A DNA stretch of 64,000 nt, taken from the NCBI GenBank assembly GCA_041662585.1, contig JBAZSG010000003.1, forward strand, positions 33,011-97,010, given 5' to 3'. Made by a program: the position numbers and the translations under genes. The notes beneath the pieces were generated by a model. The model did not search any database and was not told the DNA's origin. It worked only from the letters and a program-made list of their open reading frames with translations. This stretch comes from Patescibacteria group bacterium. Lineage in GTDB: Bacteria > Patescibacteriota > Patescibacteriia > UBA1558 > GWA2-36-10. Shown here piece by piece: positions 48,688 through 58,000 of this stretch. The stretch's first letter is position 1. The number at the start of each line of letters is the position of its first letter.

Positions 48688-48716
48688 TTGACAAAATAGA
48701 TAAAATATAGTATTAT
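48688..48716 (+). promoter_or_regulatory. consensus promoter TTGACA-N17-TATTAT (copy 1 of a duplicated promoter)
   Basis: agcattgacaaaatagataaaatatagtattat. An SD AAGGA precedes the ATG at 48753. Confidence 0.5.
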
Positions 48717-48752
48717 ACTCTATAAATAATAAAGCTCTTTCAAGGAATTTAT

Positions 48753-48947
48753 ATGAAACGACTTAAGATCTTTATCTTTATTCTCGTTATTTTGATATTA
48801 TTGCCATTTACTTGTAGCATTTGTAAAAAGAAAAGCAATATTATCATAGATAAAAAATGCCTATTGTCAAACGACTTAGGCTTTTTTAAAAAAAATAATA
48901 TAGCATTGACAAAACAGATAAAATATAGTATATTATATTTATGTTAA
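48753..48947 (+). CDS. small hydrophobic Cys-containing peptide (64 aa); its 3' end runs into the duplicated promoter
   Basis: Own promoter and SD. N-terminal signal/TM segment, CSICKKK...KKC. Confidence 0.35.
   Translation: MKRLKIFIFILVILILLPFTCSICKKKSNIIIDKKCLLSNDLGFFKKNNIALTKQIKYSILYLC
48906..48934 (+). promoter_or_regulatory. consensus promoter TTGACA-N17-TATATT (copy 2), 6 nt before the def ATG (near-leaderless)
   Basis: agcattgacaaaacagataaaatatagtatatt is a 33-bp near-identical repeat of 48684-48716. Confidence 0.5.
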
Positions 48948-49441
48948 AAATAGCCAAATATCCAGATTCAATACTTCGTAAAACTGCTAAAACAATTAGC
49001 GTTTTTGATGCTGAGCTCAAAAAAATGGCTGATGATATGGCCAAAGCTATGTACGATGATGATGGGATTGGTTTGGCCGCTCCCCAAGTCAGTAAAAGTA
49101 TTAGATTGATAGTAATTGGTTTGGGACACGGAGAGTATAAAGCTTATGTAAATCCTAAAATTACTTTTTCTTCTAAAGAAAAAACCACTACCGATGAAGG
49201 CTGTTTATCTATTCCAAAAGTATTTGCCAATGTGATTAGACCAAAAAAAATTAATCTAAAATATCATGATCTTGATGGTAATTTACAAAAAGAAAAATTA
49301 AAAGGTATGAGCGCAGTAGTGGTGCAACATGAAATAGATCATCTAAATGGTATTTTATTTATAGATAGAGCGGAGAAAATAACACAAGGGCAAGAGTTAT
49401 TGGATGCTATGAGAAAACAACTTGATGACCAAGCAAAATAA
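48941..49441 (+). CDS. def: peptide deformylase
   Basis: GIGLAAPQV, EGCLS and HEIDHLNG motifs. Confidence 0.9.
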   Translation: MLKIAKYPDSILRKTAKTISVFDAELKKMADDMAKAMYDDDGIGLAAPQVSKSIRLIVIGLGHGEYKAYVNPKITFSSKEKTTTDEGCLSIPKVFANVIRPKKINLKYHDLDGNLQKEKLKGMSAVVVQHEIDHLNGILFIDRAEKITQGQELLDAMRKQLDDQAK

Positions 49442-50354
49442 ACATATTATATTTTGGGGTACACCAGATTTTTCTGTACCCTCTTTAAATATTCTAAATA
49501 ATTTAAATTTAGTTTCTTTGCTTGTTACTCAGCCCGATAGACCAGCTGGGCGTAATAAAAAATTGTCAGCTAGCCCAGTAAAAATTTATGCTGAGCAAAA
49601 TAATATAGATATTTTAACTCCTGAAAAACTGGATCAAGATTTTATACAAGCTTTAAAAAAATATTTGCCAGCCACTTTTGTAGTAGTAGCCTATGGTAAA
49701 ATAATACCCCAAGAAGTGTTGGATTTATCTGAACTCAGAGCTATAAATATTCATCCATCTTTATTACCAGTATTACGTGGGCCATCTCCGATACAAACAG
49801 CTATTTTAGAGGGTTTTGAATCTACAGGAGTATCTTTGATGCAACTCGATAAAAAGATGGACCATGGGCCCATTTTGGGGCAAATAGAGGCTAAAATAGG
49901 CCCAAATGAGGACTATATTAGTTTGTCTGAGCGTCTATCCAAATTGGGGGCTGACATTTTAGCTAAAAACATCCATAAGTATTTAGATGCTGATATCAGT
50001 CCTCTAGCTCAAGATGATAGCCGTGCTACTTTTTGTAAGCTGATTAGCAAAGAAGATGGTAAGATAGATTGGCAAAAATCAGCTCAAGAAATACACAATC
50101 AAGTACGAGCATATCGAGAATGGCCTGGTGCTTATACCAAGCTAGATGATTTGGCTATAAAGATTTTGCAAACGGAAGTAGTTTTGGAAAATATAAAAAC
50201 TGGCCAAATAAAATTTGATAAAAATAATTTACTAGTTGGTACAGCTAAAGATAGTTTAAAAATATTAGAGCTTCAAGTGGCTGGTAAAAAACCAATGACA
50301 GCTTCAGAATTTATACGTGGTTATCAAAAATATTTAGCCAAATATTTTCAATAA
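49422..50354 (+). CDS. fmt: methionyl-tRNA formyltransferase
   Basis: Formyltransferase N-domain (HPSLLPVLRGPSPIQ) plus C-terminal domain, directly downstream of def. Confidence 0.85.
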   Translation: MMTKQNKHIIFWGTPDFSVPSLNILNNLNLVSLLVTQPDRPAGRNKKLSASPVKIYAEQNNIDILTPEKLDQDFIQALKKYLPATFVVVAYGKIIPQEVLDLSELRAINIHPSLLPVLRGPSPIQTAILEGFESTGVSLMQLDKKMDHGPILGQIEAKIGPNEDYISLSERLSKLGADILAKNIHKYLDADISPLAQDDSRATFCKLISKEDGKIDWQKSAQEIHNQVRAYREWPGAYTKLDDLAIKILQTEVVLENIKTGQIKFDKNNLLVGTAKDSLKILELQVAGKKPMTASEFIRGYQKYLAKYFQ

Positions 50355-50394
50355 AAAACACTCTAATTTATTTAAAGTGTTTTTTTATTTTTAA

Positions 50395-51912
50395 TTAATT
50401 ATTTTTTTTTGGAGTTACATTAAAGCCCAGATATTTACCAAGCATTAGTCTAGTTTGAGCATCTATAGCTGGGATAGAACCAAATAAAATCATGGTAATT
50501 GGGAAAATGGCCCATTGTAAAAGCATTAGTAAATATTTAAATGGCAAAGTGATTTTTGTATTACGATATTTTGTAGGTATGGGTGGCAAGATAATAACAC
50601 TCATAAACGCAATAAGTATCATGCCAATCATACCTGAACGCATCAAATTTTCTAGCATCAAAGGAGCGTTTTGAGTAAGGACGCTGGTTACATTTTGTTT
50701 TTCAGCTAGATACAATGGTAAATAACCCATAAAAAATATCAGTATTGGCGCAGTTGCCCAAGTGTAGATACCTTCAGTTTGATTCCAGATATAAACCCAT
50801 TTTTTATTTTTAGGTATTTTGTTATTTTTGGAAAACTGCCAAACCATATAAGGAAAATGTTCTACTCCATAAGCCCAACGACGCATTTGTTTATATTGAT
50901 TTATCAAACTACGTCTTAGATTGCCTACATGTACAGTATTCATAGATACTGGTATATGCATCGGCATTACTTCATAGTCTCCATCATAGTGAATCAGACA
51001 TTGTAAAAATATACGAGAATCTTCAGTGACTATATTGTTTTGCCAAAAACCAATTTCTACTAGTGCTTGCCAACTCATCGAATGAGATGAAAAAGTAAAT
51101 AGTCTTTCAGGACGAGCCAAATCAGTGAGCAACCAAAAAGTAGTACCATTGGCTACTATTCTGGTGATTATATCTGATTCCCAAATATTGTTGTGGTAAA
51201 AAGCCATTGGTTGAAAACTAGCTCTATATGGATTTTTATGGGATATAAATTTGTGTGTAAGATAAGCAAAATAATCTGGATGAGAAATGGTATCTATGTC
51301 AAAAGTTGAAACAATTATTTTTTTGTAATCAAGACCTTGAGTATCGATATATTTTTTTACTTCATAACCAGCATGATAAAGATTTGAGCCCTTGCCTTTT
51401 ATCTCCCCTTTTAGATTATCTGGATGGAGAGTGATGATGATATTGTAAAAAATATTGTTATATTTTTGTTTTATTTGTTCAGCAATTTTAGCAAATTGAT
51501 CTTGATAGCGCTCTTCACCAGCCAAAACAATTATCATTTTTTGTTTATCGTATTTTGTTTTAAAGCTAAGGTTATCAAAAGTATTGTCTACTACTTCAAA
51601 AGGTTCTCCAGCTGTAGGTAAAAATACTACATGATAATATTCAGACCAATGTTTATTGTGAGTATGTTGAAGAAAATTCCACCAATCTATCTTACGGGCT
51701 TTAAGATATTTAAACCATGAAATAAGTAAAAAGATGAGCATATAAGTAATGCGTAAGACAAAATAAATATCAAAAATAATCACAAAATAGATACCATAAA
51801 GTGGTGATATTAAAGAAAGTAAAATAGTAAAAATAAAAGTAAACCAAACAGCCAAGCCTGGTATTATTTCTAAACTTCTGTATTTATAATAATCTTTTTG
51901 TGCTTTATTCAT
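50395..51912 (-). CDS. membrane-embedded processive family-2 glycosyltransferase (cellulose/chitin-synthase-like)
   Basis: N- and C-terminal TM bundles with a cytoplasmic GT-A domain carrying DxD, TED (VTEDSRIF) and QxxRW (QYKQMRRWAYG) motifs. Confidence 0.6.
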   Translation of the reverse strand: MNKAQKDYYKYRSLEIIPGLAVWFTFIFTILLSLISPLYGIYFVIIFDIYFVLRITYMLIFLLISWFKYLKARKIDWWNFLQHTHNKHWSEYYHVVFLPTAGEPFEVVDNTFDNLSFKTKYDKQKMIIVLAGEERYQDQFAKIAEQIKQKYNNIFYNIIITLHPDNLKGEIKGKGSNLYHAGYEVKKYIDTQGLDYKKIIVSTFDIDTISHPDYFAYLTHKFISHKNPYRASFQPMAFYHNNIWESDIITRIVANGTTFWLLTDLARPERLFTFSSHSMSWQALVEIGFWQNNIVTEDSRIFLQCLIHYDGDYEVMPMHIPVSMNTVHVGNLRRSLINQYKQMRRWAYGVEHFPYMVWQFSKNNKIPKNKKWVYIWNQTEGIYTWATAPILIFFMGYLPLYLAEKQNVTSVLTQNAPLMLENLMRSGMIGMILIAFMSVIILPPIPTKYRNTKITLPFKYLLMLLQWAIFPITMILFGSIPAIDAQTRLMLGKYLGFNVTPKKNN

Positions 51913-52988
51913 AAAATATATTGATCACTTTCTATGCCGACTGCTTCAGAGATATTTTTAAAATTGTCTTGTTTCAACAAATTTTCTAGTTGTTTATTTA
52001 TAATATTTATGGCTTTTGGTCCATTATAGATCAAACCAGTAATCAACTGTACTAGATTTGCTCCAGCTTTTATTTTTTTGTAAGCATCATAGCCTGAAAA
52101 GACGCCTCCTGTGCCGATAATTTTATATTTACCTTCGCTATTTTTGTAAAGATAAGCAATTATTTTATCTACTCTATCTGTGAGTGCTTGCCCAGATACA
52201 CCACCTGGCTTGTCTTTGTGTTTTGATTTTAAATTCAAAACACTTCTTTCTTTGGCTAGGTTACAGGCAATGATAGCAGAAATTTGGTATTTTTTAGCCA
52301 AATAAATAATATCATCTATTTCCTCTTTTAATAAATCTTGTCCAATTTTTAGCCAAATAGGTTTTTGTTGGATATTTATAGATTGGACTCTGTCTAAAAT
52401 TGGTTCTAGTAATATTTTTGATTGTAAACCAGAAAAGTTTTTGACATTTGGACAACTCAAGTTGATAGTGATGATATCAGCATATTCAGACAAAAGATCA
52501 AAACTAGCTTGATAATCATCAGCAGCCTGCTCCATAGCTACAGCATTACTTTTGGCAATACTAGCAGAGATTATACCGGTTTTTTTCTTGAGTTGTTCTA
52601 CTATTTTTTTAGCACCTTTATTACATAATCCATAATAAACCACCAAACCTTTATCCTGGGGCAATCTCCATAGTCTTGGTTTTGGATTGCCACTTTGCTC
52701 TTGATAAGTGATAGAACCGATTTCAGCCCAAGAAAATCCCATAGCTGACCAAGTATTTATAGCTTGTCCATTTTTGTCGAGTCCTGCTGCTAGACCAATT
52801 GGATTTTTGAAATACAAAGAAAATAATTTTTGACTTAGTACAGGTGAAGTATAATCTAATGCAGATTTTAATATTTTGTTTAGTGTTTTTGATTTACTAA
52901 AAAAAGATAAACCCCATAGAGTAAAATTGTGTATTTTTTCTGGGTCAATTAGAAATAAAATTGGTCGGACCATCCTTTGATAAAACAT
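51909..52988 (-). CDS. pyrD: dihydroorotate dehydrogenase (class 2, quinone-type)
   Basis: MFYQRMVRPILFLIDPEKIH...NPIGLAAGLDKNG...PRLWRL... matches class 2 DHODH. Confidence 0.7.
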   Translation of the reverse strand: MFYQRMVRPILFLIDPEKIHNFTLWGLSFFSKSKTLNKILKSALDYTSPVLSQKLFSLYFKNPIGLAAGLDKNGQAINTWSAMGFSWAEIGSITYQEQSGNPKPRLWRLPQDKGLVVYYGLCNKGAKKIVEQLKKKTGIISASIAKSNAVAMEQAADDYQASFDLLSEYADIITINLSCPNVKNFSGLQSKILLEPILDRVQSINIQQKPIWLKIGQDLLKEEIDDIIYLAKKYQISAIIACNLAKERSVLNLKSKHKDKPGGVSGQALTDRVDKIIAYLYKNSEGKYKIIGTGGVFSGYDAYKKIKAGANLVQLITGLIYNGPKAINIINKQLENLLKQDNFKNISEAVGIESDQYIL

Positions 52989-52989
52989 T

Positions 52990-53265
52990 TTATTTTTGTA
53001 ATATATTTTTTAAGTGCTGTTTAGATTCTTTTAATATTTCTAAGTATAAATTTTTTATAAATTTTGGATCCAAATCATTATCTATAGCTTTTTGTTTTAC
53101 ATTTTTTAATATTTGTTTTTCTCTTTTAGAATCATAAATTTTATTGATATCTTTGAAAGTAGCTATTTCTTTTAGCAAGCTAAATCTACTAGCTAAGGCA
53201 TCAATAATGTTTTTGTCAGCTAGGTCTATTTTTTGTCTAATTTTGGCTAGTTTATCTTTGGGCAT
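52990..53265 (-). CDS. monofunctional chorismate mutase (AroQ class)
   Basis: 91-aa all-helical protein with the LAKIRQKIDLADKNIIDALASRFSLLKEIA pattern. Confidence 0.5.
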   Translation of the reverse strand: MPKDKLAKIRQKIDLADKNIIDALASRFSLLKEIATFKDINKIYDSKREKQILKNVKQKAIDNDLDPKFIKNLYLEILKESKQHLKNILQK

Positions 53266-53327
53266 AGTGATTTATCAGCTATAACATAGCAGAAAATTGT
53301 TTATTTTTCAAGGCTAAAAAAGACTCT

Positions 53328-53789
53328 TTAAAGAGTCTCTAGATCTAGCTTATGTTTAATTACTTTATTGTGTTTGTCAAAAAGAAAAGAAGCCTTAAAA
53401 CTTTGTCCTTTTAGAAATATAGGCAGCCAATACTTATCAGCATCCCACATTTTTTTATAGGGAATATTGTCTATATTATACCACTCGGGTTTCATTTCTT
53501 CGCTCTCTTGTTCTTGACCAACAAAATTATCACAATGAAAAACATGCACCTCAGAATCTTGATTTTTATCTTGCCAAGCAAAATCTATTATAGCCAGCTT
53601 TTTTATAGTTTTAAGCTCTAGTGAACTTTCTTCAAAAACTTCTCTTATTGCTGATTCTTCTACAGTTTCTCCAGTTTCAAGTTTGCCACCAAAACCATTG
53701 AGTTTGCCCATACCAAAACCTCTCTTTTTAAAACCAAGAAGTATTTTATTATCTTTAGTTATCAAAACTAATGTTAAGATTGTTTTCAT
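53328..53789 (-). CDS. NUDIX hydrolase
   Basis: Nudix box GFGGKLETGETVEESAIREVFEESSL. Confidence 0.8.
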   Translation of the reverse strand: MKTILTLVLITKDNKILLGFKKRGFGMGKLNGFGGKLETGETVEESAIREVFEESSLELKTIKKLAIIDFAWQDKNQDSEVHVFHCDNFVGQEQESEEMKPEWYNIDNIPYKKMWDADKYWLPIFLKGQSFKASFLFDKHNKVIKHKLDLETL

Positions 53790-53904
53790 AAATATATTAT
53801 ATAAAGCGTATAATATTTTGCTTAATTAAGCAATAAATATTTAAATAGCCGGGCTATATTTAATATTTATTTGGCTAATATTAGCTAAGTAATATATCTT
53901 ACTC

Positions 53905-53933
53905 TTGACAAAATATAAAATAAGGTGTATAAT
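53905..53933 (+). promoter_or_regulatory. consensus promoter TTGACA-N17-TATAAT, about 170 nt upstream of the GC-rich gene at 54108
   Basis: cttgacaaaatataaaataaggtgtataat. Confidence 0.5.
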
Positions 53934-54107
53934 AATACATTAAATAAAATAGTTTTGTGCTTGCCCATTACTTTATATCCTATTTTATATCGTTAGTGTG
54001 TAAACATAAAACCTTTTTATAGGTTTGTACCATAACAACAAATCGAAGAAAAAAGATCAAAGAATAAGCTAAAGTTTCTAACCACACTTTTAGGAAGGGG
54101 TACGAAA

Positions 54108-54974
54108 ATGCGTACACGTAATTTCAGTTTTTTGGCGATGGCTTTCGTAGCCATCATGCTCACTGTCGTTTCTACTCAGGCTAAGGTGGTCCTCACGCCG
54201 ACCACAGTTGACTCTGTCGGAGTCGAAAGAGTCGGAGACAGCACCTTGCTCAAGGTGCCGGCGACAATAGAGGTCTACGATTCCTTATTTGTTGACAGCG
54301 TCAACACTTATCGAATCAATGATTTGGTTGAAGCTATTAAGCAAGTCGATTCGACTTTCGATGGTAGCGAAGCCGCCGTCAAGGCTCGCATCACACAGCG
54401 CGAAGCTCGGGCCAAGGCCGAGGCCGACAGTCTGGCAGCTGCTGAAGCCGCCGAATTGAAGAAGCTTCACAAGCAGTGGAGCAAAGAAGTGAAACCGCTG
54501 TCGTATGACAGCGTCTGGGTATGGGCTTTGATTCCTGATAACGATACCGCTTATATGAAAGCGGAATGGTTGGCCGAGCGTTATAGCTTGACACTGAGTC
54601 AAGCTGACATCTACAACCTTGATTCGAAAGAGATCATTGAAGAGCTCAAAGCTCAACTTCGGCAGCGACAGAAAATCAATGCCACAGTCGATACTCGCAT
54701 CGCCAAATCAATCGCTGGACTGCAAAGTCAGCTCAACGCTTTGAGCGATACCCTGTCTCAGACCCGGGCCGGCGTGGAGCTCGCATACAAGTTGGCGGAT
54801 GAAGCCAATTGCAAGGCCGAGGCCAATACGGCCGAAATATCAAGGCTCTGGAGCGTTTGGGAAGCGCTCGAAGTACAGGACAGTGTTTCCACTGTCCCTA
54901 ACCCCGAGACCACCACACCTCCCCCCGCTCCCGACTCTTCCAATGCATCTTTGGTCAAAAACGACGGCAAATAA
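54108..54974 (+). CDS. GC-rich secreted protein (signal peptide, central coiled coil, Pro/Thr-rich C-terminus), unknown function
   Basis: MRTRNFSFLAMAFVAIMLTVVSTQA signal peptide. Codon GC3 bias and GC content are sharply different from the flanks. SD GGAAGGGG. Confidence 0.5.
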   Translation: MRTRNFSFLAMAFVAIMLTVVSTQAKVVLTPTTVDSVGVERVGDSTLLKVPATIEVYDSLFVDSVNTYRINDLVEAIKQVDSTFDGSEAAVKARITQREARAKAEADSLAAAEAAELKKLHKQWSKEVKPLSYDSVWVWALIPDNDTAYMKAEWLAERYSLTLSQADIYNLDSKEIIEELKAQLRQRQKINATVDTRIAKSIAGLQSQLNALSDTLSQTRAGVELAYKLADEANCKAEANTAEISRLWSVWEALEVQDSVSTVPNPETTTPPPAPDSSNASLVKNDGK

Positions 54975-54997
54975 ACGCCATCAAGCTTTCTTCGATT

Positions 54998-55036
54998 GGA
55001 GGCCTGCTATCCATTAGCGGGCCTCCTTTCTTTTAC
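54998..55036 (+). terminator. GC-rich hairpin terminator (ggaggcc...ggcctcc + TTTCTTTT)
   Basis: Inverted repeat followed by a T-run. Convergent with the end of the giant gene. Confidence 0.55.
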
Positions 55037-55091
55037 AAAAAAACAGAGCTGATAAATATAGCCCTATTTTTTTAAACTATTTTTTAGAAAT

Positions 55092-58000
55092 TTATTTGGC
55101 TAATTGTTTATCTATTTTGGATATAATATTAGCATTTTCTTCAACAGCTTTGTTTATTTTATCAAGCGAAAAATTTGAATTGTTTGGAGGACCCTCTTTT
55201 AAGATTGTTTGCATTTTTGCCAATTCTGTTTTTAAATTCTGTAATTCAGTATGGTCCATCTGATCAAATTCACTGGTGGAAACTAATTCTTTATTGTAAA
55301 AGCCTTTGTACAATTCATTCATCGTAATGCTATTAATTTCAGCTACAGGAGTTTCTTCGTCAGGACTTAAGGCATAATCTTCAATATTATCAAGTTGGTC
55401 GTCAGTTGACATTTCATTGGTACTTGGTGGAAGCTGATCTATTTCTTCACCTTGAGCTTCTAGTTGTTTTACTAAGTCAGTGATTCTCTCCAATCTTTCT
55501 TGCTCAGTGCCTTCATTACTAATATTATATTTTTCAAACAAATCAGCTCTTTCAGTCAATACATTGTTGGCTAGACCAATGGCTATTTCTTCATAATCTG
55601 GCCGGCTAGTGTCAATATCAGGATTCCAAGATTTTAATAGTTCCATAGCTGTTTCTGGCTTAATATTGGAAACATTTTCTATTTCAGGATTTATTGTAGT
55701 TTCTGGCATAGCTTTTTCTACAACAGCCGCTTCTTCATCGTTTGCTACTGTTTCAGCTTTTGAAGAGTTTTTTTCCATGTTGTTTACTTTGATTTCAGCT
55801 ACATCCATATCATGGCGTAATTTTTCTATAGTATTTTTTGTAGCCAATTCTTTGATAGCTTCCTCTATAGTTATGGATTTGTCATGAACATCACCTTTAT
55901 TGATAGCCTCTTGAATAAATTCTTGCATGTGACTTCTATGGTGTCTTTCTAGTAGCTGGTTATTTTGTTCAGAATAACCTTCTATTTTTTCATCTAGTAA
56001 ATCAGAGACACTTTCTTTTTTAAGAAAATCCCACTCAGCTTTACCATAGTCATCAACAAAACCAAGCTTGGTTAGAGTAGTTTCTAGCTCGGTATTAATA
56101 TCATATTCTGGAGTAGCCAATGCCGGAATATTTTCTATTATTTTTTGTGATTCAAAATTGGCTAGCTGTGTATTTAATCGTTCTGTCATCTCAGCCTTAG
56201 TATCTTCTATTAGTGATAAAAGTTTTTCAGCTTTTACTTCAGAAACTCTGTCAATCAATTCTTCACCAGCTTCTTTATTGTTCAAAATAATTGGATTCTC
56301 TAGATTTGTGTCACCTACTCTGACTACCTCATTGTCTTTAATCAGGATTTCTTCATTATCAATCACAAAAGTGCCAGAATCTTCATCTTTAAATGCTAGG
56401 TCAGTAGCTAGTTCACCGAGCTCAGTATTATTTAAGGTAGCTTGAAACAATCTATTTTCAGCGGCATCTATTTGTTGTTGATCTAGCTTTATCTGTTCGG
56501 CAGCTATATTTTCTGGTTTGAGCATGTCACCCCAAGTTGCATCTTTGATATTGTCAATATAGGCTACTGCCCCTGAATTTTCAATATTTTCTGTAGTAAT
56601 AGTTTCTTCAGCATGAGCGACTAAAACGCGGACAATATTGTCTTGAAAACCATCATAATCATTTACCACTACCTTACCATTTTCAACAGAAACATATTTT
56701 TGAAAATCTTCGGCACTAATACCAGCGATATCATGACCTTCAGACAATTTTGTCATGTTGGCTCCAATATTTAATATTTGAGCTGCTTCTACATTGGTGA
56801 TTTCGTCGCCAAAATGCATACTATCAATACCTACTCGATAAAATACTTGCTCTAGATGTTTTGGGGCACCATCTTTAGCAAGCTCCAAAGATAAATTACG
56901 TTTTATGGATTCTCCAGTTTTGGTTTCTGGTTCATCTTTTTCAATTTCTTTAAATCCAGTATGCTTTATAGATGCGTGTTCAATGGAAAATTTTTGTTCA
57001 TCGTTTATGAGACCAGATTGGTACAATTTTTCAAGCAAAGCAGTAGCTTCTCCAGCTTTGGCTCCGTGTATTTGCTCAGCAATTTTATTTAATTCTTCGC
57101 TTGTAATATCTCCATCAAATGAGTTGATACCAAACTCTTTTTCAAGCTCCAATCTGTCTTGAACTTCTATGACAGTTTTGATATCAATTTGACTGTTTTC
57201 AATGGCATTTTTAGCTATTTCTTCATTACTAAGGTTTAATTCTTGACCAACATGCGTTGCTATTGCTTGTTTGTATTGTTCCAAGGTCAAAGTACCATCA
57301 TCTAATAAATGATTTAAAGCGTGACGAGCATTGATTGCTTCTTGAGATTTTGGGTCATTGTCTAATTCACAAACCACCTTATCCAAATCTTCAATCGTTA
57401 CTCCTTTTTCAAAGATATTTATTATTTTTTCAACTTCTGGATTGATTGTTTCTTCGGTTTTTTGTTCATTAGTGGTATCTGGCTGAGTCGTTTGCGTAGT
57501 ATCTATATGTTCAAGATTATTCCAATCTGGAGGTGAAGATTTTTGATTTTCTAATTTATAAAATAGCTTACTTTCTTCATTTGCAGTTTCGTGTATTGGA
57601 TTTTTAATTTCAGGAGATTGTGTTGTAGTATCTGACTGATTAGTTTCAGTATTTTGTGTTGTATCTGAAGTAATTATTTTTTCTTCAAGTTCTTCTTTGG
57701 TTTCTGAAACTGGTTTTGGTATTTCTACATGAGAAGTATTAGTAGTTGCTGTGTCTTGATTTTCGTCAGCGTCAGTAACAATATTTTTAATATCTTCTAC
57801 TATTGTTTCTGTACGAGCTGCAGCAGCTCCTGCATTTAAAGTAACCCTATTAAGTACATTATCAAGACCGGCATTTATATCATAGCTTCCTCCATTCATA
57901 GTTGTGCTACCAAAACTAACCAATTCACTACCAATGGCACCAGCCAAAGCTCCTTTTGCTCCTTCGTAGCCAGCTTTAGCAAAAACTTTGAGTTTTTCTT

